NCBI GenBank assembly: GCA_019347805.1
Contig: JAHWKR010000001.1
Coordinates: forward strand, 88,881-152,880
Direction: 5' to 3'
From: Methanobacteriota archaeon
GTDB lineage: Archaea > Thermoplasmatota > E2 > JACPAO01 > JAHWKR01
DNA: 64,000 bases
Below the pieces are notes generated by a model that did not search any database, was not told the DNA's origin, and saw only the letters and a program-made list of their open reading frames with translations. The translations under genes and the position numbers were made by a program. Of this stretch, positions 20,515 through 30,675 are shown one piece after another; positions within the stretch are counted from its first letter, which is position 1, and each line of letters begins with the position of its first letter.

Positions 20515-21126
20515 TTATTCCCGGTTCGGCCGCTCGATCTCCACCTGTCCTTCGACCGCGAAGTCCTGGCTAAGATCCGCCTGAAGGTAGAGCGGCGGGT
20601 GGAACTGGGCGTACGGGGCGCGGACGTACATGCGGATGACCTCGTCGTCCTCGAGCGGCCGCTCCATCCCTTCGAGGGAGACCTGCAACGGCGACGGGCC
20701 GATGGCGAAACCGAGAACGACCTGGTCGCAGTCGTCGCAGTCGGGCCGGTCGGCCAAGATGACCGCACGGAGCTCCGCCATGAGGGGTGAGGAGGCTTGC
20801 CAGGTGAAGTTCACCTGACCGCCGAGCACGTTTCCCGCTTCCCCTTCGATGGTCCGTTCCTGGTCCTCTCGCATCGGTCGGACCGTGTGGCAGGAAGGCG
20901 TCTGGAGTTCACACACGCGGATGCCGGTCTCAAGACGACCCGACCAGGAGACGGGTATCGCTTCGATGGTGGGGGGTTCGGGCAGGGGTTCCGCAGCTCG
21001 GGCTTCGGCCTCTTCCGCCGCGGCCGGCGTGACCGGTGGGGATCCAGGCGTGTTTTCCTCAGAGACGCAGCCCGCGACCATGGAAGTGACGAGGAGACCG
21101 AAGACCAGGGCCAGACGCCGCTGCAT
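20515..21126 (-). CDS. Lipoprotein, hypothetical
   Basis: Signal plus lipobox LLVTSMVAGC; 203 aa. Confidence 0.55.
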   Translation of the reverse strand: MQRRLALVFGLLVTSMVAGCVSEENTPGSPPVTPAAAEEAEARAAEPLPEPPTIEAIPVSWSGRLETGIRVCELQTPSCHTVRPMREDQERTIEGEAGNVLGGQVNFTWQASSPLMAELRAVILADRPDCDDCDQVVLGFAIGPSPLQVSLEGMERPLEDDEVIRMYVRAPYAQFHPPLYLQADLSQDFAVEGQVEIERPNRE

Positions 21127-21331
21127 GAGCGACGAGGGCGAACCGCGCTATATGACCCTTGACGTGGTTTCATTCGCCTGAGGTTTGGTCCCTTGGCTCT
21201 CTTTCCTTCGGGAGGGGCGGGGTGGCCGGCCTCGTTCAAGCCGGGCGCAACGGTTCGAGACCGGCGATCCTGGCGAAGTCGCGGTGGTCGCCTGTGACGA
21301 GCCGGCCTCCGTATTCAAGGATGGCGTCGGC

Positions 21332-22360
21332 CTAGAGCGAGACCTCGTACGAGACATACGCCACGCCCTCAAGGATGGCGAGTCCGGCACCGGCGGCGAC
21401 CGAGGTGATGGTCCATTCGCCGGCGGGGTCGCCGCCACCATAGGGCAGGAGCAGATAGCCAGGATCGTCGGGGGTCTTGACCGCGCTGTAGCGGTTCCAG
21501 CTCGGGTCCTGGACCTGGATCTGCAGCATGCCGGGCGCGACGGGGCCGGTGTCCTGGGCATCGGCGAGGAAGAGCCCGAACGAGACGGCGTCGTAGCCGG
21601 CCTTCACCGTGATGCGGTCCTCTGGCCCGCGCGGCTCGGTCGCCTCGACCAACTTGCAGCGGTCGACCGCCTGGACCAGGACGGCGCGGCCGTCGCAGAA
21701 GACGAGGTCCTGGGCTGCGGGGACGCGCACGTCCCCGGTGTAGCCGTAGCCGTGCTCGATGACCTCGTAGCCGCCGTAGTCGGCGATGGCGAGCTTTGAG
21801 ATGGCGCCCATCGTGGCGTCGTATGTGATGTGGATGTCGCGCGCGCCGGTGATGTGGACCTTCGCCACGGTGCCGTCCACCGATTCGACGATGGCGGTGA
21901 GGGGCGCGCCGTTGTACCACTGTGTCTCCCATGTGCCGCCTTCGACGAGCGGGAACCTCAGGAACGAGATGGGAAGGTCATGCGCCTCGAACGAGAGGTC
22001 GGCCTTGGCGATCTCGCCGAAGGCGGGGAAATGGAGCAGCATGATGCCGTCGTTCCATCCCGCCCGGTCCATCCCGACAAGGTAGGTGTCGTTGTCGACG
22101 CCGGCGACGACGCGATCGAACTCCCCTTCGATCCCGTACGGCGGGGCCGTGAACTTGATGCGCCACCATTCGCCGAGTCGCCACTCGGGCGCCGCTTCGA
22201 GCGTGGCGGTCTCGCGGGGGAGCGTGGGCAGGCCACTTGCCAGGCCGAGGAGCGGACCGGTGAGTGTTCCTTCGTCGACTGTGTTCTTGGGGGACTCGTC
22301 GCCGACGCAGCCGGCGAGAGTCATCAGAAGGAGGGCAAGGATGGGCACCACGACACGCAT
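21332..22360 (-). CDS. Lipoprotein, hypothetical
   Basis: Signal plus lipobox LLLMTLAGC; 342 aa. Confidence 0.55.
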   Translation of the reverse strand: MRVVVPILALLLMTLAGCVGDESPKNTVDEGTLTGPLLGLASGLPTLPRETATLEAAPEWRLGEWWRIKFTAPPYGIEGEFDRVVAGVDNDTYLVGMDRAGWNDGIMLLHFPAFGEIAKADLSFEAHDLPISFLRFPLVEGGTWETQWYNGAPLTAIVESVDGTVAKVHITGARDIHITYDATMGAISKLAIADYGGYEVIEHGYGYTGDVRVPAAQDLVFCDGRAVLVQAVDRCKLVEATEPRGPEDRITVKAGYDAVSFGLFLADAQDTGPVAPGMLQIQVQDPSWNRYSAVKTPDDPGYLLLPYGGGDPAGEWTITSVAAGAGLAILEGVAYVSYEVSL

Positions 22361-22607
22361 GGCGACAAGAGACGGGATGGGGCGGAAATAGGTTGGGGCA
22401 GGCCGGCTAGTGGGTCCGAAGGAGCGTGTCTATTCGGAGACGTCCCATGTGCGGACACGCGTCGGGAGTCGGCTCTTGTGGGTCCGGATCCTCTTTGTTT
22501 ATATGCTGCGCATCATCAGCCGCCCGACCGGACGAACCGGGTGTGTGCTTCTCCTGTTGTCGCGGTCGGCCGACACCTTAATCACCGTCACCCCCTCGTC
22601 TTTTTGG

Positions 22608-23915
22608 ATGTCCCTCGACCTCGACCATCCGGTCCTCCAGGTGGCCCTCGACGAAGTCAATCTGCACCGTGCGCTCGGTTATGCCAAGGAGGCGGTGGAA
22701 GGCGGCGCGGAGTGGCTCGAAGCGGGGACGCCGCTCATCAAGTCGGAGGGCATGGAGGCGGTGCGGCGGCTCAAGAAGGAGTTCCCGGACCGCTTCATCA
22801 TCGCCGATCTGAAGACCATGGACACGGGTGCGTTCGAGACGGAGATGGCGGCCAAGGCGGGCGCCGATGCCATCGGTGTACTGGGCGCTGCGGACAACGG
22901 CACCATCGAGGAGGCGGTCAAGGCCGCGAGAAAGTATGGCGCCAAGCTCTATGTCGATCTCATCTCGGTGCCGGACAAGGTCCAGCGCGCCAAGGACGCG
23001 GCGAGGCTCGGTGCGGACTATGTCTGCATGCATGTCGGCATCGACGAGCAGATGAAGGGCGGGAACCCGGTCGAGATCCTCAAGGAGGTCGCGCGAGCTG
23101 TCGACATCCCCGTGGCCGTCGCCGGCGGGCTCAACTCAGAGACCGTCGCCGAGGTCGTCAAAGCCGGGGCGAGCATCGTCATCGTCGGCGGCGCCATCAT
23201 CAAGGCGGAGCGGCCGACCGAGGAGGCGCGCAAGATCGTCGCGGCGATCCGCGACAAGAAGGTCGTGCCGACGGAGCTCTTCAAGAAATACAAGCAGGAG
23301 GAGCTCTATGCGGCGTTCGGTCGCGTCTCCACCTCGAACGTCAGTGACGCCATGCACCGCAAGGGGGCCATGTTCGGCCTCCGGCCCGTGCAGCAGGACG
23401 TCAAGATCGTCGGTCGTGCGGTGACGGTCGAGGCGATGAACGGCGATTGGGCCAAGCCGGTCGAAGCGATCGACAAGGCGGGACCGGGCGATGTCCTTGT
23501 CATCACCACGCAGGGCGGCCACACCGCGGTCTGGGGCGAGCTCGCGTCAGAGACCTGCAAGGTGCGCGGTGTCGAAGGGCTCGTCATCGACGGTGCCGTC
23601 CGCGACGTCGACCACATCCGCATGATCCAGTTCCCCGTCTGGGCGCGCCACATCGTCCCCAACGCCGGTGAACCGAAGGGCTTCGGCGAGATCGGGGGCG
23701 AGATCGTCTGCGGCGGCCAGGTGGTACGGAACGGCGACTGGATCGTCGCCGACGACATGGGCGTCGTCGTCGTGCCGCAGGACCAAGCCGTCGAACTCGC
23801 GAACCGCGCCCTGGACGTCTACGAGCACGAGAACCGCCTGCGCGAAGAGATTCGCCGCGGATCGAGCCTCTCTAAGGTCCTCAAGCTCAAGAAGTGGGAG
23901 AAGGTCGTCGGATAG
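22608..23915 (+). CDS. Bifunctional 3-hexulose-6-phosphate synthase (OMPDC-fold) with RraA-like C-terminal domain
   Basis: N-terminal half LQVALDEVNL...FIIADLKTMDTG...LYVDLISV...DYVCMHVGID is HPS-like; C-terminal half VSDAMHRKGAMFGLRP...GDVLVITTQGG...GLVIDGAVRD is RraA/MenG-like; ATG at 22608 chosen over the longer ORF start. Confidence 0.7.
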   Translation: MSLDLDHPVLQVALDEVNLHRALGYAKEAVEGGAEWLEAGTPLIKSEGMEAVRRLKKEFPDRFIIADLKTMDTGAFETEMAAKAGADAIGVLGAADNGTIEEAVKAARKYGAKLYVDLISVPDKVQRAKDAARLGADYVCMHVGIDEQMKGGNPVEILKEVARAVDIPVAVAGGLNSETVAEVVKAGASIVIVGGAIIKAERPTEEARKIVAAIRDKKVVPTELFKKYKQEELYAAFGRVSTSNVSDAMHRKGAMFGLRPVQQDVKIVGRAVTVEAMNGDWAKPVEAIDKAGPGDVLVITTQGGHTAVWGELASETCKVRGVEGLVIDGAVRDVDHIRMIQFPVWARHIVPNAGEPKGFGEIGGEIVCGGQVVRNGDWIVADDMGVVVVPQDQAVELANRALDVYEHENRLREEIRRGSSLSKVLKLKKWEKVVG

Positions 23916-23998
23916 CCCTCGGGCATACCCTTTAGAAGGCCCCTCCCCGTCCCACGCCCGGAGGCGTCATCCTGTCGGACGAGATCATCATCGAGAAC

Positions 23999-24565
23999 GT
24001 GGTCGCCACGGCCGAGCTCGGCAAGCCGTTGGACCTTGCGGCCCTGGAAGGTCCCCTCGAGGCGGACCCGTACGACCCGGAACGCTTCCCTGGACTGGTC
24101 ATCCGCGACAAGAGCACCACGTTCCTGCTCTTCGGCGACGGCTCGGTGCGCATCACCGGCCCGAAGGGGACCGACGCGGCGAAGAAGCGCTTGCAATCAC
24201 TCACCGAACGGTTGACCGCAAGCGGCGTCCGGCTCGACGAGCGGGTGCGCTTCTGGGTCGAGAACCTCGTCGTCTCGACCGACCTCGGCGCCTCTGTGCC
24301 GCTCGACCAGGTGGTCTTGGCGTTCGGTCCGGAGACGACCGCCTATCAGCCCGACCGTTTCCCGGGGCTCGTCCACAGACCGGTCGACCCGCCGGTGACG
24401 ATCCTGGTCTTCTCGAGTGGGCGCATCGTCGCGACCGGCCTCGGTGATCTCGACCGTGTACGCCGCTCGCTGCGCTTGTTCATCGATGAGTTGCGCGACA
24501 GGGGCCTGGTCGGTGCGCCCCGTGCAACGGGCCGTGGGGACGCGGTGGTCGCCGAAGGGTCATAG
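23999..24565 (+). CDS. tbp: TATA-box binding protein (TBP); N-terminus almost certainly extends upstream of the annotated GTG
   Basis: Two TBP repeats NVVATAELGKPLDL...FPGLVIRDKSTTFLLFGDGSVRITGPKG and NLVVSTDLGASVPL...FPGLVHRPVDPPVTILVFSSGRIVATGLGD; the conserved IIIENVV beta-strand is encoded in-frame upstream of 23999 (see findings). Confidence 0.85.
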   Translation: MVATAELGKPLDLAALEGPLEADPYDPERFPGLVIRDKSTTFLLFGDGSVRITGPKGTDAAKKRLQSLTERLTASGVRLDERVRFWVENLVVSTDLGASVPLDQVVLAFGPETTAYQPDRFPGLVHRPVDPPVTILVFSSGRIVATGLGDLDRVRRSLRLFIDELRDRGLVGAPRATGRGDAVVAEGS

Positions 24566-25414
24566 ATGGCCCGCGTCCCGGTCTTCGACAACCATGTCCA
24601 TCTGCGTCCTGACGGGCACCACGTCGAAGCGGCGAAGGCGTACGAGAAGGCGGGCGGGACGCATTTCATGCTGGTCCATTCGCCGCACGATGATTTTGTC
24701 GGTGACACCCCGGATTGGGAGCGTGCATACGACCGGACGGTCGCGACCGCAGAGGCGGTGCGGAAAGAGACAGGCGTGCAATGCTGGGTCGCGCTCGGGC
24801 CTTACCCGGTGCATCTCGTGCGCATGGCCGAGACGCTCGGTGTCGAACGAGGTGTACAACAGCTCATCAAAGGTGCCGAGACGGCGGCGCGCTATGTCGA
24901 GGAAGGCAAGGCGGTCGCCATCGGTGAAGTGGGGCGGCCGCATTTCGAGGTCAGCGACGAGGTGTGGGACGCGTCCAACGTGGCGTTGGAGGAGATCCTC
25001 GGGATCGCCCGCGGGGCCGGTTGTCCGGCCATCTTGCACACGGAGTCGGCCGACCCGGAGGTCATGGCCGACCTCGGCGCGATCGCCGACCGGGCGAAGA
25101 TGCCGCGTGACCGGGTCATCAAGCACTACGCCCCCCCGCTTGTCAAGCCCGAGGAATGCCACGGGCTTTTTCCGAGCATCATCGCGAGCCGCAAGCACAT
25201 CCGCAAAGCGGCGGCCGACGCACCCGGTGGTCGCTGGTTCCTGGAGACCGACTACATCGACGACCTCTCAAGACCCGATGTCGTCATGCCCGTCGACACC
25301 GTCCCGAGGCGGGTCTCCGGTTTCCTGCAGTCGGGCGACCTGGGAGAGGAGATGCTCTGGAAGTCGGGCGTCGAATGGGTGGAAAGGCTTTACGGAGTCC
25401 ACCCGGAACTGTGA
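24566..25414 (+). CDS. TatD-family metal-dependent hydrolase
   Basis: 282 aa; FDNHVHL, GEVGRPHFE, ILHTESAD motifs; ATG immediately follows the TBP stop codon. Confidence 0.65.
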   Translation: MARVPVFDNHVHLRPDGHHVEAAKAYEKAGGTHFMLVHSPHDDFVGDTPDWERAYDRTVATAEAVRKETGVQCWVALGPYPVHLVRMAETLGVERGVQQLIKGAETAARYVEEGKAVAIGEVGRPHFEVSDEVWDASNVALEEILGIARGAGCPAILHTESADPEVMADLGAIADRAKMPRDRVIKHYAPPLVKPEECHGLFPSIIASRKHIRKAAADAPGGRWFLETDYIDDLSRPDVVMPVDTVPRRVSGFLQSGDLGEEMLWKSGVEWVERLYGVHPEL

Positions 25415-25462
25415 GCCGAGAGGCGCAGGTCTATCCGCTGAAAGGCGTCTCCGGCCGCACCC

Positions 25463-26407
25463 ATGGCGGCCGCCAAGCTCCCGGTCATCGCGGCTTTTGT
25501 GGCCAACCTGCTGGTCGCCATCGCGAAGTACTTCGCGGCGTTCTTCAGCGGCTCGTCCTCGATGTTGGCCGAGGCGTACCATTCCACGAGTGACACGCTC
25601 AACCAGGTCGCGCTTTATCGCGGCATACATGTCTCCGAGCGGAAGGCGTCGAAGCGGCACGAGTTCGGCTACGGCAAGGCGGCCTACTTCTGGAGCTTCG
25701 TCGTCGCCATCCTCATCTTCGGTGTCGCCGGGGCGTTCTCTCTCGTCGAGGGTTTCCACAAGATGCGTGACCCGCACGCGTTGGACCCGGCGATGGCGTG
25801 GTGGGTCTACGGGGTGCTCGTCTTCGCGTTCCTGTTCGAGTCCGGTGCGCTCTTCATCAGCATCCGCGAGTTGCGCAAGCACCAGGAAGACACGGGCATC
25901 GCGACATTCTCGGAGACCCTGCGCCGCACGAAGAACGCGCCCCTCGTCACGGTCTTCACAGAGGACGGACTGGCGCTCGTGGGCATCGTCATCGCCGCGG
26001 TCGGCGTCTCGGCGACCTATGCCACCGGGAACGGTGTCTGGGACGGTGCGGCGTCTTTCGTCATCGGGCTCTTCCTCATGGTGATCGCGCTGCTCTTGGC
26101 GCGGCGCAGCCGTGACCTGATCCTGGGGGAGTCGATGGACCCGGACCATCGGTTGCGCGTCGTCGAGATCGTCGAGGGGCACCCGAAGGTGCGTTCGCTG
26201 GTCTCGCTGAGCAGCATGTATCTGGGTTCCGAGGACCTGCTTGTCGCCTTGGATGTCGACTTCGAAAAAGGGATGTCGACCGACGAGCTCGAGCGGGCGG
26301 TGGATGACATCGAGGACGCGGTGCGTGAGGCGGTGCCGGGGGTGCGCCGCATCTACGTCGAGGCGGAATCGGGCGATCGGCACGTGGTCGAAACCACGAG
26401 CGCGTGA
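25463..26407 (+). CDS. Cation diffusion facilitator (CDF) family metal efflux transporter
   Basis: LLVAIAKYFAAFFSGSSSMLAEAYHSTSDTLNQ signature, 6 TM plus C-terminal cytoplasmic domain. Confidence 0.8.
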   Translation: MAAAKLPVIAAFVANLLVAIAKYFAAFFSGSSSMLAEAYHSTSDTLNQVALYRGIHVSERKASKRHEFGYGKAAYFWSFVVAILIFGVAGAFSLVEGFHKMRDPHALDPAMAWWVYGVLVFAFLFESGALFISIRELRKHQEDTGIATFSETLRRTKNAPLVTVFTEDGLALVGIVIAAVGVSATYATGNGVWDGAASFVIGLFLMVIALLLARRSRDLILGESMDPDHRLRVVEIVEGHPKVRSLVSLSSMYLGSEDLLVALDVDFEKGMSTDELERAVDDIEDAVREAVPGVRRIYVEAESGDRHVVETTSA

Positions 26408-26409
26408 GC

Positions 26410-27972
26410 CTATGACCCGCGTCCCGCCGCTCTCCCGGCTTTGCCGAGCCGGTCGGCGAGGATGCCCATGGCGGTCGCGGTCTCGAGGCCCACCTCGGCG
26501 CCGGTGATCTCGTATTCGCCGGCGCAGGCGTTCTTGACGCGGTTCGGGAGCCCTTTGGGCCCGATGCCCATGATGACGCATACGGGTCCGGCGTGCACCT
26601 GTTCCTCGATGGCGATGCGGCGTGTCGGGTCGGGCTTCTCCGTCGCGGCGACCCAGGTGCCACGGGCGCGCCAGGCGGCGGGCTCTTCACCGGGATCCAT
26701 GGGGAGCGCGTGGACACGGCGCGCCTTGGCGAGGTCGACCACCCAGGGATGGCCGCCGATGCGTGTCTCGCGCGCGGTGCGCTCGACGAGTTCGGTGAGT
26801 GGGAGGGGGAAGCCGACGAGGACGAGGTCGAGGCCGAATGCGGCGCAGAGCGGTGCGGCGCGGGCGACGGCGCGGAAGTGGATCTCTTTGACGCCGCCGG
26901 TGTAGGTGTTGAGGAGGGCAAGGGAGTGGCCGCTCGGTGCGGTAAGGCGGCCGCTTTGGCGTTGCATCGGGACCGGCTTCGATCTCTTCTCGGGCGCCCC
27001 TTTTTTCCCGCCGGGGGTCTCGCCGCGGAGGTAGGCGCGGGCGGTCTCCAGCTTGCCAAGCAGCCGGTCGGCGTGGGTGGGGGGCACTTCTGCGACGAGC
27101 CGTTCGACATCGTCGAAGAGCGCGCTCGCGCGTTCTTTCTCCCCGAGCCGGTCCGCCTGTGCGCCCAGGGCGAGCGCGACGTCGGCGCGCACGCCGGGCG
27201 GTTCGGTCTCGATGGCCCGCTCCAACGGGTCGAGCGAGGACGGCACGACGAGGGTCTGGACGATGGCGCGCCAAAGGTCGATGCGGCCGCGGGCGTCGCT
27301 GCGACCGGTCGTCGCCGCGAGACGTTGGGCGACATCCGCCATCGTCGACTCGACGAGCGCATGGGTCGAAGCGATTGTCGCGATCTGGTGGTGCAGGAAC
27401 GCCATCAAGCGCGCGGACAGTTCGGGGTCGTCGATGGCGCGCAGGCGGGCCTGCCAAGCCCCGGCCGTCTCGAGGTCCGCCGGGGTCGTGAAGGCCGCGC
27501 GCAGGACCGCCTTCGCGTCGTCCCGTTCGGTACCTCGGTTCAAGAGCGCGCGTTCGAAGAGGGCGACCCGCAGCGGGTCGGGGACGTGCTTGGCGGTCTC
27601 GCGCAGGCCCACCGAGAGCGCCTCGCCGTCGGGGAGCGCGGTGAGGCGGTCGACGAAGGGCGCGGCGGCGGTCGCGGCGCCGGCGTTGTCCAACGTTTTC
27701 ACGATGACCGGGACGGTCTCCGCGACCTGGCCTTCGCGCTCGACCTGGCGGATGCGGTCGACGGCCACCTCGAGCGCTTCGTTCCGCGTCTCCGTCGTCG
27801 CCTCGGCGTGCGTGGCGATGGCGACGAGCGCCTCGGCGGCGCGGGCGCGGTCCGCCATGAGCTTGGCGTCACGGATGAGCGGGTGGGGGTCGCTCCGCTG
27901 CTCTTTCAATCGGCGCAGGAGTTCACGCAGTTCGGTCGGGCCGTGGGCGCCTGGCGACACGGGTCCGCGCAA
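26410..27972 (-). CDS. Hypothetical protein: helical repeat N-terminal region plus C-terminal SPOUT-like (DUF531-like) domain
   Basis: C-terminal about 150 aa with Gly-rich loop VIMGIGPKGLP and ITGAEVGLETATAMGIL reminiscent of trefoil-knot methyltransferase motifs; inference only. Confidence 0.35.
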   Translation of the reverse strand: MRGPVSPGAHGPTELRELLRRLKEQRSDPHPLIRDAKLMADRARAAEALVAIATHAEATTETRNEALEVAVDRIRQVEREGQVAETVPVIVKTLDNAGAATAAAPFVDRLTALPDGEALSVGLRETAKHVPDPLRVALFERALLNRGTERDDAKAVLRAAFTTPADLETAGAWQARLRAIDDPELSARLMAFLHHQIATIASTHALVESTMADVAQRLAATTGRSDARGRIDLWRAIVQTLVVPSSLDPLERAIETEPPGVRADVALALGAQADRLGEKERASALFDDVERLVAEVPPTHADRLLGKLETARAYLRGETPGGKKGAPEKRSKPVPMQRQSGRLTAPSGHSLALLNTYTGGVKEIHFRAVARAAPLCAAFGLDLVLVGFPLPLTELVERTARETRIGGHPWVVDLAKARRVHALPMDPGEEPAAWRARGTWVAATEKPDPTRRIAIEEQVHAGPVCVIMGIGPKGLPNRVKNACAGEYEITGAEVGLETATAMGILADRLGKAGRAAGRGS

Positions 27973-28038
27973 GGGGGGCGGGGGAAAAGGATTGCCGGCG
28001 CTGACACGTGCGGCCGGAGCCTCCCCGCGACGGGGACG

Positions 28039-29244
28039 CTACTTGTTCGCCTTCTCCCATTTGCGGAACTGCCTGAGGTTCTCCATGACGGAGACGCCGT
28101 CCTGGTAGTCGGGGAAGTTCTCCTTGAGCCAGTCGAGGCTGGTCTCGGACAGCGTCCGGTTGTCAAGGTACTCGCGGAACAGGTCGTCGCTCGTGAGCTG
28201 GACCTGGCCGGTCTCGCCGTCGGCGAAGACGTGCCCGGCGGCGTAGTAGCGCTTCGGGTCGTTCCGGGCGCCGCTTCCGCGTGAGACGAGGCTTTCGACC
28301 TTGCCCTTGTTGATGAGCGTCGAGACGTAGGAGGGCGCCTTGCCGATGGCTTCGGCGATCTCCTGGATGGTGACGCCGGGGTTGGCCTCGATGACCTCGC
28401 GCACCTGGTCGGAGACGCTCGGGCCGCGGTCCTTGCGGCGGAACTGTTCCTCGATCTCGCGCTCGGCCTGGGCGATGCGTTTCTGTTCGACCTGGCGCCG
28501 GAGCCCTTCGTAGGTGAACCAGCGCTTCGGGTCGCCGCGCACGCCGCGGCCGCGCGATTGGACGCCGGGGATGCCCTCTTTGAGGAGTTTGGAGATGTAG
28601 GGGACGTGGTTCTCGAGCCGGTCGGCGATATCCTTCGCCGTGAGCCCGGGTTCCTTGGTGACGACCGCCTTGATCTTCTCGGGGATCTCGGGGTCGGGAC
28701 CGCGTGTCGATTTGCGGCGCGCCTCGGTGCGCAGGATGGCCGCGCGTTTCGGTTCGTCGATGGCCGCCTGCTCCTCTTCCGTCTTGGCCGGTTCGAGGTG
28801 GTCGGAGACCGGGGCGAGCTCGGGGCGGTAGTTCACGGGGTAGAGCCGGATGTCCTTGCGGCGGGTCGCGCCGCGGCCCATGCGGACGCCCGGGATCTTG
28901 CCGTTCTCGACGTCGTTGTAGATGGATTGGTAGGAGGCGGAGACCTTGAGGCCCAGTTTGGACAGGGTGATGCCGGGCTCGGAGGTGACCAGTTCCTGGA
29001 TCTTTTGCCGGCGTAGGTCGGCGCCGTAGCGGGCGCGGTGGGGTTTCTTGCGGAGGTAGATCCTGAAACTCTTGCCGCGCGCCTTGACCTTCTTGAACGT
29101 GTCTTCGTTCTGGTCGATGGTCGCCTCCACCTTGTCCGGGTCGAGGTCGAGCGCGGTCGCGATGTTCGCGATCGTCGTGCCAGGGTTCTCCAACACATGC
29201 CGTTGGACCTGACGTTTCAGGGATGAGTCAAGGATCTGTTCCAT
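28039..29244 (-). CDS. DNA-binding protein composed of four tandem winged-helix (wHTH) repeats
   Basis: Four repeats of the pattern xIxxxVxxxPGxTxxxIAxxL...Y(V/I)SxLIxxGK(V/I)xxxxSRGxGxRxDPKRY(Y/F), seen directly in the translation. Confidence 0.6.
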   Translation of the reverse strand: MEQILDSSLKRQVQRHVLENPGTTIANIATALDLDPDKVEATIDQNEDTFKKVKARGKSFRIYLRKKPHRARYGADLRRQKIQELVTSEPGITLSKLGLKVSASYQSIYNDVENGKIPGVRMGRGATRRKDIRLYPVNYRPELAPVSDHLEPAKTEEEQAAIDEPKRAAILRTEARRKSTRGPDPEIPEKIKAVVTKEPGLTAKDIADRLENHVPYISKLLKEGIPGVQSRGRGVRGDPKRWFTYEGLRRQVEQKRIAQAEREIEEQFRRKDRGPSVSDQVREVIEANPGVTIQEIAEAIGKAPSYVSTLINKGKVESLVSRGSGARNDPKRYYAAGHVFADGETGQVQLTSDDLFREYLDNRTLSETSLDWLKENFPDYQDGVSVMENLRQFRKWEKANK

Positions 29245-29695
29245 ACGCCTGCCCTTCCGACTTACGTACTCCTACTTGTAGCTGACGGTCCGGGGCGGGT
29301 CCCGGAGTGGCATGCTTGGCACACCGGCCCATGGAGGCTCTCCCTAAGGAGAGCGGACACCTGGACCGCATCACCGGATTGGGGGTACACGTCGGACGGC
29401 TTTACCCGTTCATGCTATATGAATCGTTTTATCGAAGCCGAGTCCGGCGGGTCGGCGGGGCCCCAGGAAAGAGCGGCGCGGAGGCACGATATGTCCTCCC
29501 CATGCCAAGTATCAGCAAAATGGACATCCAGACCCACAGGGCCGAGCTTGCCTGACGGCGGGCGGAGAGGATGTGCAAGCAAGTGAGGTAGAAGCCGTCG
29601 AACTCAGAGTCCAGCGAAATGACTCGGAGGGAGCGAGCGCAGCGAGCACCCGGCGAGGACACGAGCCTGCCGCCCACGAAGTGGCGGCAGCGAAG

Positions 29696-29769
<74 letters not shown>

Positions 29770-30141
29770 GAGCGGTGCGCCCCGAGTGCATGGACCTCAT
29801 AAGAGGGGGCGCGACGCGTCGAAAGTGGGTGCCTTATAAGAGCGTTTCGTGGTGAGACATGTTCGCACCCTTGAGGGATAGTCATTTCAGACGGGGTCGA
29901 GTAGGCGTTCCCGATGCCCCGGATGCGATGTTCCGACTGTCTTTGTGTCGTCGAGGAGCGCGAACGGGTGGTGACCTGTTCGACCGTCTGTTGTTGTGCC
30001 GAGGTGCCGGTGGCGCCGGGTGCGGAACTCGCGCCGACCGGTCCATAAGACGGATCCACGCCGAAGCGTCACGATGACATTACACCCCACCCCGGTTTCG
30101 TCCCTGAACCGCTTTCTTGGCTGGCGTACGAAGTCCGTGGT

Positions 30142-30666
30142 ATGATGCGCTTACGATGGAGCGTCCCGACAATAGGCCTGCTCGCGATCCTTCTCCTTGC
30201 CAGCGGCGCCGCCGCGCAGGAGGAAGACCTCAAGGATCCGACCTGCGCGGAGGACCCGGACCAGATGGGGTGCGAGGGTTCGACCGGTGACCACCCGCCT
30301 TGTCCGACGAACCTGGCCGGCTATGCACCGGAGACGGGTGGCGTGTTCATGTCGTACCAGCTGAACTCGTTCAGTGACGTCAAGATCTACCGGTCGGTCG
30401 ATGGCGGCGAGATGGAGGAGATCGCCTACAAGGAGTTCCCCACCCCGCGCTTCATCGACCACGACACGGAGCCCGGCAAGACCTACACGTACGGTGTCAC
30501 CGCGGTCGGTATGCACCAGTACGACGAGAACGTCACCGCGGAGGGCGAGTCGCCCATGTGCGGGACGATCGAGGTGACGACAGTGCCGTTCTTCCCGTCG
30601 GCCATGACCGCGGTGCTCGTCTCAGGCATCGCCGTCGTGGGCTATGTCGCCATGCGGCGCAAGTGA
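30142..30666 (+). CDS. Small secreted FN3-like protein with C-terminal TM anchor plus basic tail (archaeosortase-substrate-like)
   Basis: Signal peptide; C-terminus TVPFFPSAMTAVLVSGIAVVGYVAMRRK. Confidence 0.5.
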   Translation: MMRLRWSVPTIGLLAILLLASGAAAQEEDLKDPTCAEDPDQMGCEGSTGDHPPCPTNLAGYAPETGGVFMSYQLNSFSDVKIYRSVDGGEMEEIAYKEFPTPRFIDHDTEPGKTYTYGVTAVGMHQYDENVTAEGESPMCGTIEVTTVPFFPSAMTAVLVSGIAVVGYVAMRRK

Positions 30667-30675
30667 GCCGATGTC

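Noticed and set aside
24417-28284. ORFs 24417-26084 (+), 25268-26581 (-), 26076-27362 (-), 26593-28284 (+)
   Set aside because: Alternative-frame or antisense to TatD, CDF transporter and the SPOUT-like gene; Ser/Arg/Pro-rich composition with poor GC3 pattern.
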